From the NCBI GenBank assembly GCA_036172245.1, contig JAYWIR010000062.1:124001-188000 (forward strand): a stretch of 64,000 nt of DNA, given 5' to 3'. The notes beneath the pieces are model-generated. The model did no database searches, was not told the origin of the DNA, and saw nothing but the letters and a program-made list of their open reading frames with translations. A program made the position numbers and the translations under genes. Below, one piece after another: positions 22,593-33,900 of this stretch (its first letter is position 1; each line of letters opens with the position of its first letter). This DNA comes from Raillietiella orientalis (lineage: Eukaryota).

Positions 22593-25500
22593 ATGAAAAT
22601 TAAGGAGATATACCGAACTTCCAACTTCTCTTGGTCGCCGAAAGGTAGCGATGAAATTTATCTGGCGACCGGAACATCTGCCCAACAGCTGGATGCATCC
22701 TTCTGTACTTCCTCATATTTAGAAATTTATGAGTTGCGACTTGATGATAATAGTATAACAATGCCTGCCAAAGTTTCTATTGAATCTGATTGCAGGTGAA
22801 TAAACTGATTTTCAAGTATGTTTATAGTTCATTACCGCAATTATTAGAAATCTTTAACAGTTTAAAGTACCACGTAGGGCGGCATCAAGTATTCTTATTA
22901 ATGAAGTAGTTTGTGAAAGAATTTTGAATGGAAACATGGAAATCATTGTTTCTTTTAGATTTCATAAACTTTTGTGGGGTGGTTTCCCAGCTGGCAATCA
23001 AGACTATTCCAAAGGAATAATAGTTGGTGGAGGAGATGGAGGCACTTTATTAATGTATGACGCTTCACAACTGTTACAGGGGGAGAGTGCTCAAATATTC
23101 AGTCAGACTGTACACAAGGGTCCTGTGACAGCATTGGATTTCAATTTGTTTCAGGTGTTGATTGAATATGAATCGAATGTGAGCCTAATTATTGCTTTTA
23201 TAGCCCAATTTGTTAGCTTCAGGAGCTTCAGAATCAGAATTGTTCATTTGGGATATGAATACTTTGTCATCTCCTATGTCCCCAGGGACCCGTATTCAAC
23301 CATTGGAGAGCATCTCTTCTGTAGCTTGGAATCAGCAAGTGCAGCATATCTTAGCTTCTTGTTTTCCAACCCAAACTGTTATTTGGGACTTACGCAAAAA
23401 TGAAACAATAATTACAGTCAATGATGCATCATCTCGGGTGAGTCAGGCAAGTCCTGGGGAAAATGTGTGTCTAGATGCGTTTCAAAGCCATGTGCTGGCA
23501 TCCTGAGGTGGCCACACAGCTCTGTCTAGCATCAGAAGATGATCACTGTCCTGTAATACAGCTGTGGGATTTACGGTTTTCTGCTTCCCCTTTACATGTA
23601 TTGGAACGCCACCAAAAGTTAGTTTTCTACTTTAAAAATGAGAATTTACAGGCACATTGACGATTTTCCTTTCCAGAGGAATCCTTTCCATGGCTTGGTC
23701 TTTATGTGATCCTGATTTGCTTTTATCCTGTGGAAAAGATGCATTTATTCTCTGTTGGAATCCTAATGATGCTTCAAAAGATGGAATTCTCTTAGAAATT
23801 CCCACTCTTGATCAGTGGAATTTTGAGGTGGCCTGGTGTCCTCAGAATCCCGCATTAATAGCTAGTGGCAGTTTTGCAGGGTTAATCAGCATCTATTCTG
23901 TATTGGGCAGTACTGAAAATCTGAAACAGGTAACAAAGCCAGAATTTCTAGAATCTTATTTAAAAAATCTTTGTTGCATACTGAAGAAGTCTTCAGTTTC
24001 TGGGACTTGGGGATCAGCGTACTCTTACAGGCCAACTGTGCTTAGTAAAGCTCCTCGTTGGTTGAAGTCTCCAGTTGGAGCAGATTTTGGAGTAAAGCAA
24101 ATGAGATTGTGAATCATTTTCATTATTCTTTGGTTAGTTTGGGGGCCAGTTGGTGCACTTCAGCAATGATGAGAATAAAAGAGAGGTGACAGTCTTGAAG
24201 ATTGTGACAGATGTCAAAATGGTTGAGCAAGCTTGCTTGTTGCAATGTAATCTGCAGGATGGAAAGGTCAGCTCTGTAGTATTATCAGTATTCTGATTAA
24301 CGTACTGCAGCTATGGGAGCACTGTGAGCAAAGAGCTGTAGCAACACAGGATGCCAAGCAACGTCTTGTGTGGAGTATTCTTGGTGCTCGATTCTTGCCT
24401 GATTCTTCGCAGGCTATTGTCAAGTTACTTGACATAGACTGTGGTGAAAAGCCCCTGGGAAGTGAATGCAGGATTGAGCATACTGGTGAAAAGGTAAGAG
24501 GAATATTTTAGGTTGTATCCATTGTTGGGTTGCCATCAGGGTAATCTGATGAACGGATCTGCATGCCAGTCAGTTGATTCCAATACAGGTGCTTCTGAAA
24601 CAGGTCAGTCTTTTCATAAACTTTAGTTGTGGTCCTATTTGTAGATTCAATAGACATTCTACAAGCTGTTGCAGCTGGACATTTGGACAGAGCTATTGAA
24701 CTGTGTTGCACCCATGGTTGTCTGCCAGATGCAATCTTCTTGTCATTGGCTGCAGGTGAGGAACACTTCGAAAAGATACGTCATTGGTACTTCCAGGTAG
24801 GAGCAATGTTATTTATGAATTTATGTAGGTTTACCTAGAAAAACCAAAACATTGTAAGTTCCTTTGTTGCTGCTGTAATGACAAGAAACTGGGAACCTGT
24901 GGTCCAAGACTGTTCTGCTGATAACTGGAAAATAGTTTTAGCAGCCCTCTTGACTCATGCACCAAAGGAAGAGTGTGCAGTGTTGTGCAGTAAGATATCT
25001 GATAAACAGGTGGTGTGTGTCTAATGCGTAACAGGTCTGTTGGGCAACAAGCTAGCTGCTAAAGAACTAGCAATGCAACATGAAGCCTTATTGTGCTACA
25101 TCTGTGCAGGAGATCTTGCAGGTGTTGCTGCCTGCCAGGTTCCACATACACAGTTGCTTGATTGTGTGGAGCAAATAGTCATTTTACGCACTAGCCTGGA
25201 ATACCAAAACTTGCCTGTCATCTTAGGGGACTCTGTTTCCCTTTTGTTGTATGAATTTGCCTTCCAGCTTGCTTCCCAAGGTGAATTGCAGGCTGCATTG
25301 ATGATTTTGGGAAGGCATGAGAACCAGCTACTGAGCACAGTGCGCCAAAGGCTGCAGTTTGCTCTGTCAGGAAACGTAGGTTCTTCTCTCCAAACCCAGC
25401 CCTCTTCTTACCCTGAGCCTACCTCACCACACACATTCATTGAATCACCTTTCAACAATCCCAAAGTAGAATCTCCACCATTGGATGTAGCATCTGCTCA

Positions 25501-26506
25501 CTCAAACAGTCAGGTTCCTACTGTGCCTATTTCTGATTTTATGCCTTCCCTGGCACCCTCAGGCCATCCAACTCAGTCCTATTTACCATCTCGTGGATGG
25601 AATGATCCACCTCCATTTAGCAGCAGAACCCGGAGAAAAGTACGTGTTTATTATTAGAAACAACGCATTATTCATTGTATTTTAGTCAAAACCATCTTTC
25701 GAACCTCCAGCCCCCATCACACAGCCTTTATTGGGCATTTCTCCTGCTAATAACTCACAGGTTTACTGTTCCTTTGTTTTGTAAATAAACTCAAGCGATA
25801 TTACAGCCTCCTGCCTTCTTTCCCAATCAGTCTGATTTGAGCTTGCCTTTAAGATATGCTTCCAACAGTGCTACTCCACCTCCTGTCCAGATGAATCAGC
25901 CTGTCAATTATAATTGTTCTACTCTAAGTGGTCTGTCACATCCTCCTATTGCAGCTGTTGCCCCTCCAGCTCCAGCTGCATTACAGAGTTCTGTGCAGAC
26001 CCCTGTTACTGGTGCGGATAATCATTGCAATCCCCAAAATGAACTATGCTTTCAGCACAGAAACAAAAGATTCCTGAAGAGCACAGAGTCTTGCAAAAAT
26101 CCCTGGAAAATTTGAGGCAGCGCTGTGATGCAGCAGGTGGCCATTCGGTATGATCAACCATCTCAAATGATTATGCAAATTATTGGATGCAATTTCAGCA
26201 GCAAATGAAGCGCAAGCTGGACGATGTGGCACGTCGATTGGAAGTTCTGTATGATAAACTAGCCAACAACCAGGTAATGTAGCTAACAATTTTGAGCTAC
26301 ATTCATTCATTTCGTTTGGCTTTCAGTTGAGTGATGTAACACAGGCAACAATACACAAAATTGTGGAATGTGTGGGTTGTCAGGATTATCAGTCTGCTCT
26401 GAGCATGCAGACACACCTAGCAACAACGGCGGATTTTACTGAGATCAGCAGCTTTCTCCCCGGCATCAAAGTTCTGTTGCAGACAGCATTGCAGTTGCAT
26501 GTTTGA
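22593..26506 (+). CDS. Sec31: COPII outer-coat protein Sec31, ~1010 aa
   Basis: 17 GT-AG exons: 22593-22795, 22959-23154, 23204-23437, 23475-23617, 23677-23929, 23987(or 23990)-24091, 24138-24266, 24311-24493, 24540-24603, 24645-24796, 24839-24989, 25035-25639, 25686-25760, 25807-26011, 26056-26147, 26199(or 26202)-26273, 26327-26506. Hallmarks: [22 protein letters not shown]40 repeats ([24 protein letters not shown]), APRWLK.PVGA.FGFGG, CYICAG, Pro-rich GWNDPP, KRKLDDV.RRLE.LYDKL. Confidence 0.97.
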
Positions 26507-27057
26507 TCTGTGATTTACGACAAGCAAGTCGCCGCCAGTTGTGATGTTGATACCCTTTGCCTTCTCATGCTCTCCCGCAAAATGGAAACAGTGTAACGTT
26601 GTTTTTTTTTTGTGTGTGTGTTTATGATGGAATAATTATTTTGCTGAAACTTGGCTTTGCGTTGGCAGAGTTCTCAAGATTCCGTACGGTGACCCCGGCC
26701 AAACCCTTCGGGTGTTCCGTTTCTCGTTTTGCAAACCCTCTGTTTTGTGTCCGAGCCCTGGAAAGCAGCGCTCGTATTTCCAAGCACACTATTCCAGCGC
26801 ATCCATCTTTTTTGTGTGTTTGTTTCGTTTCGTTTTGTTTTTGTTTCGTTTCGTTTTTTTTCCGAGTCCAATTGGGAAGCTTCTTTCGAATTCTCACCCG
26901 GCGCAGTCCCGGGGTGGATTTCCGCCACTCCGTGGTGCGACTGCTTAGAATGGTGGGATTCTCCCGCAGCTGAAGAATGAGCCGACTGTGGCTGTGATGG
27001 CCATCCGAGAGCGCGTGACAACGAGGTGCATTGGCCAGAAAGCATCTTAATTCCGCC

Positions 27058-27114
27058 GCTGAAGTGGAAGATACTCCTTTCGAGCCTTGGACCCGAGAGC
27101 GCATCCACAGTCCT

Positions 27115-27161
<47 letters not shown>

Positions 27162-27216
27162 CCGCTTTAGGGACTCGATTTAGAAATCGAGATGAATTCA
27201 ACATGGTTCTTGATAC
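27058..27216. repeat. Copy 1 of a ~130-160 bp direct repeat (hairpin - T46 - hairpin)
   Basis: gtggaagatactcctttcgagccttggacccgagagcgcatccacagtcctg-T(n)-..ctttaggga(a)ctcgatttagaaatcgagatga..caacatggttcttgatac is nearly identical to 28595-28726 apart from T-run length. Confidence 0.95.
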
Positions 27217-28594
27217 CCTCTTAATTGTTTCATGAAAATACTTTGTGTCTTTTTTTTTTGCCGTTCACTGATACGTGAAGTACGAGAAGCAATAAAGTCT
27301 TGGTTTTTAAAGTGGGGCTGCCACTATCCCAGAACACAGGCAGAGCACATCTGTGTCACAGCTGCAGGAGAAGGAGTAAGTTTGCAAGTCTTAGACTTCC
27401 ATGTTTCTTGCGAAAGCCGGCGCTCCACCAAAAGGAGAAGAGTCTGTCGTTTTATTGAAGCTCCGAATGCAGTCGAGTGTGATGGCAGCCGTCGGTGGTG
27501 TGAAGTCAGGTTTGTTCGGTACGAAGCCCCATGCTCCCTAGCCCTATCCTGAGCAGTAGCTGCACCGGGTGACTTTCCGCAGTGACCCGTGGGCAAGAGC
27601 TAAGTGTTTCCCCCCCCCCCCCCCCCCGGAACCAAGAAGAACGTATTGGCGATTCAGCTTGGTGACGTTCCTGCCGTACACACGAGACCCTTAGGGAGAG
27701 GCCGCCGGCGTCCTTTTTGAGCTCGAAGCAGCGCGGCCTTCGAGGCAGCGGGAGCCTTCCGTCCCTTCGTCTCGTAGATCGGCGTGTCGCAAGCTTTTTA
27801 TTGATGTTGGTTAAGAGCAGAGGGTCCCAGATGCAGATGGTTCGCATCTGTCTTGATGAAGCCCCTCCATTCCTCCTTGCTCAGAGGAGGTCCGCAGGAA
27901 TTCGAAGGGCGCGTGCGCTCCATTTCGTGCCATCGAAGAGGGCCGTTGCAGCACGAGACGGAACGCCACGAAAGAAGCATCGGGGAGGTTCGCAGGGCCT
28001 GATCTTCAAGATGTCCAGCCTCGGTTTCAAAAAAAAAAAAAAAAGGGCCAGCACCACACACCCATTCAAGAGTTACGGAGGCAACAGCCTTTTTGCGCGA
28101 TGAGGGCACCTCTTCCGGCATGCTGTGGGCGGAATCAGCAGCACAGGTAGCGCACGCTGGTGGAAGGGGAATCAACTGGGAAGTTTCGAAACCCTGAAGC
28201 CACAGAAGCACAACTCTTCTGCAGTGGGCTGTTACCAGAGCGCTCCCGAGGTTCCAAACAGGAGCAGCGTCCGTGTTTTCCCGGTTTGCAGTTTCAGGGA
28301 TTCAGGTGGGTGATGCCCGGCGTTCCCGTCGTGTCACTCGAGGAAACCGGGGCACACGGCGGGGCGCCATCGCTCACAAAGACAGGACGTTTCTGAAGGG
28401 GGGCGGGGGGTCGCGTTCAGCAGCTGGCTGCTACGTGCGTGTGACCTGCGGCTTGTAGCGGCGGTTGGCCTGTGCGTCCGGGAAATGGCTGCCAAACGCC
28501 TGCCGCACGGCAGGCATCGGATAGACGCTGGAGAGGTGGGATTTTTCGGTTGTACGTGTGCTGAACGTTAGATTCGCAGCTGCGAGCGAAGCGG

Positions 28595-28731
28595 GCTAAA
28601 GTGGAAGATACTCCTTTCGAGCCTTGGACCCGAGAGCGCATCCACAGTCCTGTTTTTTTTTTTTTTTTTTTCACTTTAGGGAACTCGATTTAGAAATCGA
28701 GATGAAATCAACATGGTTCTTGATACTCCTT
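28595..28731. repeat. Copy 2 of the hairpin - T19 - hairpin direct repeat
   Basis: Near-identical to 27058-27216. The 10-mer GATACTCCTT occurs near both ends (28607-28616 and 28722-28731). Confidence 0.95.
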
Positions 28732-30950
28732 GGTGGCTGCTCCGACCGAGGGGCAGCGAAGGGCACGCCAACGGCGCTTCTCCCGAAACCCGGACGGCGA
28801 ACGCGGCAGATTGGTCGACAACCGGCGGCGCACTATGTGACCAGCATCGGAAAGGAAGAAGGGAGGTGCCCAGGCGACCGCGCGGCGGCACTTACTTGAG
28901 CTACCAAAGGAGGAGGAGCGGCCACTCCGTTGTTTCGGTTGCGACACTTCCGCTCGGAGTCATCGGCTGACCCCGCCATCCGCCATGACAGGCGGGTGGA
29001 TGGGGGAGGGGGGGTCCCGCCCGCATCGCTCACCATCTCGCGAGAGGCATCTCACGATCCATTGGCTCCCCGGAAAGTCTGGAAAGCGGGCCCGGGGAAG
29101 GAAATTCCAGTCGGCGAGGCTCCGTCTCAGGTGCGCGATACCATGCGATCCCTTTGAGCGCCTCCCGGAGCTTGCTCGCTTCGGAGGGACAGTCGGAATG
29201 GAAACAGGGAAAGAGAGGCAGTCCTTCCGAGGTCGAAAGGTCAGAGAAGGCTGAGATCTCCCTCTCCTCCCATCTTCTACTGAAGCACTTGCAATCCCAC
29301 CATACCCCTTTCATCCACAACCCCGTGAGGATTCCGGCATTTTAATGAAGGGCAACTCCCTGTCCGCTGCACCTTTCCGAGATCTCTTCCCATCCAGGGG
29401 AGCCGCGCGTCGCCCAGGATTCCACAGGAGAGCGTGTGACCTGAGGGCGGAACGCCCTGCTGGATCTCGGGAGAGGGCAAGGGACACGGGTCAGATCCCA
29501 CTGGCAGTCCAAAGTCCAGGTGGCAGCACCCTCGCATGTGCCCCCCGGCGCTGCTCGACGAGGATTTCCAAAGGGGAGGAAGGTGCCATCCTTTCGCTGG
29601 CGCGCGGAAGAGTCCCTTTAACTCTTCTTCCTTTGGTTTGACCGTTGAGTGCGCTGCGGATCGCGCGCGATCCCTGGGGACCCTCAACCTTCTCGTCCCC
29701 TCGCGACTACTTTCCTGGAAAAAAAAGGGGGGAGCGGGGGGGAGGTCAGCGGCACGCGGTGCGCGCGGAAGATCCAAATGTCTTCCTCCGCTCTCTGGTG
29801 GTTACTGCAGCGGGCTCGAGAGCGCCGCCGAGGGCAACTCCCTCCCCTCCCGCGCGGCGGCGCTCCCCGTTCGCCTTTCCCTCCAGGAGAGGCCGCCAAC
29901 GGATGCCCGCACGCTTTCCGTCGGACCGGGAAGGTGGTAAGCTGGAGAACGCGCCCGAGGGTGGTTCGGAGGGGAGCGGGTCCAGGCCCCTTCGTGCGTC
30001 CCGCAGGAGCCCTCCCTTGGACGCCCTCCGAATCGGTCCGAAAGTTCCCAAACCCAGGAGCTCCGAAAACCGATGAGGGAGTTTGCTTTCCCGCCCGTGC
30101 GTGGGGCTCCCGTTGGCTCGCCTCCTGGAAGAAGGTCGTCACCCTGGGGGCATCTGGGTCCAGGCGGAGGGATTCCCCCGAATTTCGCGAAGGCGACTTC
30201 GCCACGCTCCATTCGCTCCCGCCCCTGGAAATTCCTCCCCCTCGATCTGCTTCCCTGGCGGTCCCGAGATCTCCCTCGCCCAGCAGCCACCCCTTCCGCC
30301 GAAGGCCTCAGGGAGCAGGCCAGCTTGCACCCGAGCAGGTGGTGACTCCTTCGCCCGGCCCTCGCGCACGGCTTCCGGCGGGTCTCGAGCGCCTCGGCAG
30401 CCACGCAGGAGGCGCTGGATGCAGGTCCTTCCCGAGGAGCCGCCCCCCAGCCGTGCCACTCTTCCTCGGCCACAATGGAGCTTCCTCTGCTCGCCTGCCT
30501 AGAGGAATGCTTGGCGGGAAGGGACGGCTCTGTCCCTGTGCCCGTTGGGCTCCTCGCTCCTTCCTTCCAATGCCACCTCGACGCCCTTCTCCGGCGAGCC
30601 CGGAGCGCCCTTCCTCAGGGGAAGCCATGGAGCAGCACCCCGTCTTGGAGCAGCCATCTTGCCCACCTCCTTCTTCTCGAGAGCAGACTCCCCTCCCCGA
30701 GCCTCTGGCGCAGGTGGCACCGGTCATGCCTACATGAAAGGATTGCCGGTGGGGGTGCAAGGCAGGGACGCGGTCGCCATCATCCAGCCAGCAGCGAGGA
30801 TCTCTTTCTTTCCTCCCTCGTCCCACCCCGTCGCGCACCTTCGGGAAACCCGCGCGAAGACGACACCCCCAGGTTTATTGGTCTCGGTGGTGGAGCGTTG
30901 TTGTGGGGCTGCTCGCGCGGCGGCGCTGTCCCCGGGGGCGGCGGAAGCGC

Positions 30951-33900
30951 TCAGGAGTAGATGGTCATCAGGATGACCTGCGAGTGCACACCGCCCACCG
31001 TCGCTCTCCTTAGAGGTCATCGCTAACGCAGGTGTTACGTACCTCTTCCAGAGACAGCGGATTGTTCGTCAGCTTGCTGTCCATGCTGTGGTAGCGATCT
31101 GGAAGGGGACGGTGTTTCCTAGGGAACGAAGCGCGTCCCGAAGAGGGAGGGCAGGAAGCCGATGCTGGCGGGAGACCTGGCAACGAGCGAAGGGAGGCGA
31201 GACGCCTGCGGCCGCGAGCCGAAGGTCACCTCCTCGACCCGCTCTGGCGCTTCCCTCCCACCGCGGGACGTGGCCTGGACCTTCCGCCCCGCAATCGACT
31301 CCCTCCTCCTCTCTGCGAGCGCACCGAAGGAGGGAGGAGGAGGAGAGGTACTCCTCCTCCTGGTCTCCTTTGCCGCCTCCCCCGGGCAGATTTACCGTGG
31401 GCCATGTGGAGACACGACAGCGCCATCGCGTAGCCCTCCGAGGTCAGCCTGTCCTTGCGGACGAACCGCAGGAAGAGGCACTCCAGGACCTTGTTGCTCA
31501 CGGTGACGCCCGCCTCCCACAGCATTGACCTGAGATCGTAGCTGCTGGCGCGGGGCTTCCTGGACGGCGTACGGTACTTCTGGAAAGCCATCTGACGAGA
31601 AGTCAGCCGTTCGATCCCGCGGGACGCCCCGCGAGAGGCTCACCTTCCACAGACGCAGCATCTTCAGGATAAGCGCCACCTCGCCTCGGCCGATGGACCC
31701 GCTAACCGAGGACTGGAAGTCATTGAGCAAAGGAACGCATCTGGCCCCAGAGATAGAGAAGGGGGGAGAAGTCTCCTTCCTTCTCCTCCTCCTCTCAGGA
31801 GAGGGAGGAGGAGGAAGAGGAGCAAAGTCGACAGGGGGGAGATTGTGATGCCGCGGAGACGCGCCGCTCGGAAACATGGCGCGTTCCTTCCGGAAGCAGC
31901 GTCACGGTTCCCGTTGGAGCGCGGCGTGGCATGAGACTGGAGGGACGCCCCAGGGATTCGGCTTCAGGACCCCGGGAGATTTCCCTTCCCCTCCCCCCCG
32001 GGAGTCGGAGCGGAGGGCCCTCTGGAGGGAGCGGAATGGCCATCAAGGATACGTCTTGGAGCATCAGCAGACTCTGGCACAGCTCCGGTGACGGCGGCTC
32101 CAGTAGACAGGCTGGAAGCCGAGAGGAGAGGGGGTCGGTGAGAGATGGAGGTCTCCTGGAGGGGAAGGGACAGAGGGGCATTTCCGCCGGGGCGCTTACC
32201 GTGCCTGCAGCTCCTTAGGACCTTCCGCAGGGCGTCGACGTCCACCTCCCCGGGGCACCTGGCGAGCGCGCGAGACAGCGGTGTTGGCTGAAGGGAGAAG
32301 AAGGAGGAGAGGGGGTAATGAGGGAGCTCAGGGACGCGACTTCCCCATGCACTCACCGTGCTCTGGCGCCAGTGGTCATCCGGAAGCACGCGGAACACGA
32401 CGTTGTCGTCATTGGCTTCCCTAGAAGGGCGAAGGCGACCTTTTCAGCCGGAGGGCTCTCCCGGGTCTTCTCTTTTTTTCCCCTCACCCCTCCCTCCTCC
32501 CGCAGCGAGGGCGGTGTTTCTTCACCACCACGACCCTCACCCCCACCAGCTCTTCCCCTCCGTACCACACGTTGGCCTGATCGTCCACGAGCACGCGGAA
32601 CAGGAAGCTGGCCGCGCAGCCGGGCGAGTCCGTGTGGGGGATGACTACGTACTGGCCCGAGGGCATCGTGAAGAAGGCGACAGACTCCCTGGTGGCGGCA
32701 TGCCGGATGACCTCCAGAGGTTTCTAGACCGTGGAACAGCACTCGGTTTGGCTGACCGTGCGGAAGGAAGGAAGGAAGGAAGGAGGGAGGCGGGGTCGAA
32801 GAAGGGGGGAGGGAGGGAGACGAAGAGAAGAGTAAGCGCGGGAAAGGGCCGCCGCGCTCGATCCCCCGAGGGGAGGGCAACAGCAAACAACAACAACAAC
32901 AACCTTCTCGGCCAGGAACTGCGGGGTCAGCCGGGAGATCCCCGGAGGCACTTGGTAGACGGAGAAGGCGATGGGGTGAAGCCTGCCGCCCGAGGGCGAG
33001 TACTGCTGCATGAGGGCGACGACCACGTGGCAGCGGAGCCGCTCGTTGCGGAGGACGTGCAGGTGGAACTGCGGGTTGCAGGCGGCAGTCGCTGCGGGAG
33101 GGAGGGAGCGCTTGGGGAAGACTGCGGCGGGAAGAAAAAAAGGGGGGGAGGGGAGGAGAAGGGGGAGGGGAGGGACCGAAAGGGAACTTTGCCAGCCCCT
33201 CCCGCCCCGGGTCATTTCCTCCCCTCTTCCGCACCTGATTGCTCCGGACTCCCTCCGGCGTTGAGTCCGCGGCGCCAACGCCTCCGCGCCAGGACAGCCC
33301 TCCACGGCTTGCGCGCGCGGAGGGCGCTCTCGCCCATCCACTCATCCGGACCCAAGTGGACCAGGACCACCTCCGTGAAGTGGCTGAAGAAGTCCTCGAA
33401 GGCCATCCTGAGGGGCAGGGAGACAGGGGCGCTCGCTCCGCCCCCTAACCCCGCCCCTTTCCACTTACCAGAAGCTGCCGCCCCCGACCCCCTCGCGCCT
33501 GCTGCGTCCTGCCAGGGCGTCCTTCTCCCGGTCTCCCAGGCTGTCCCACTCCCACGACCTCTCGCTCCACGGGCCCCCAAAGTCCGTCTTCCCGGAGGAG
33601 TCCCGCAGGTTCACCAGCAGCACCTCGCCGAGTTTCCCGCGGGTCCGCGCCAGCGCCGTCAGAATGTACGCCCGCTGCGTTAGCAGGCCGTTCCTCAGCT
33701 TCAGGGGACGCCTGTTCTTCCCCTGGAGGGGGAGAGGGGAAGGGAGAGAGCTGCCCCATCCAGAGCAGCGGGCCCTCGCGAGCGAACCACCTCCACCGCC
33801 ATCCCCTGTTGAGGTCCTTCTTCCTTCCCCCGGGAGGCCGGGGGCGAAGCATTCCATCCAGGACGTGCCAGGAGCCTCCAGAGCCCCCCTCCAGGAGAGG

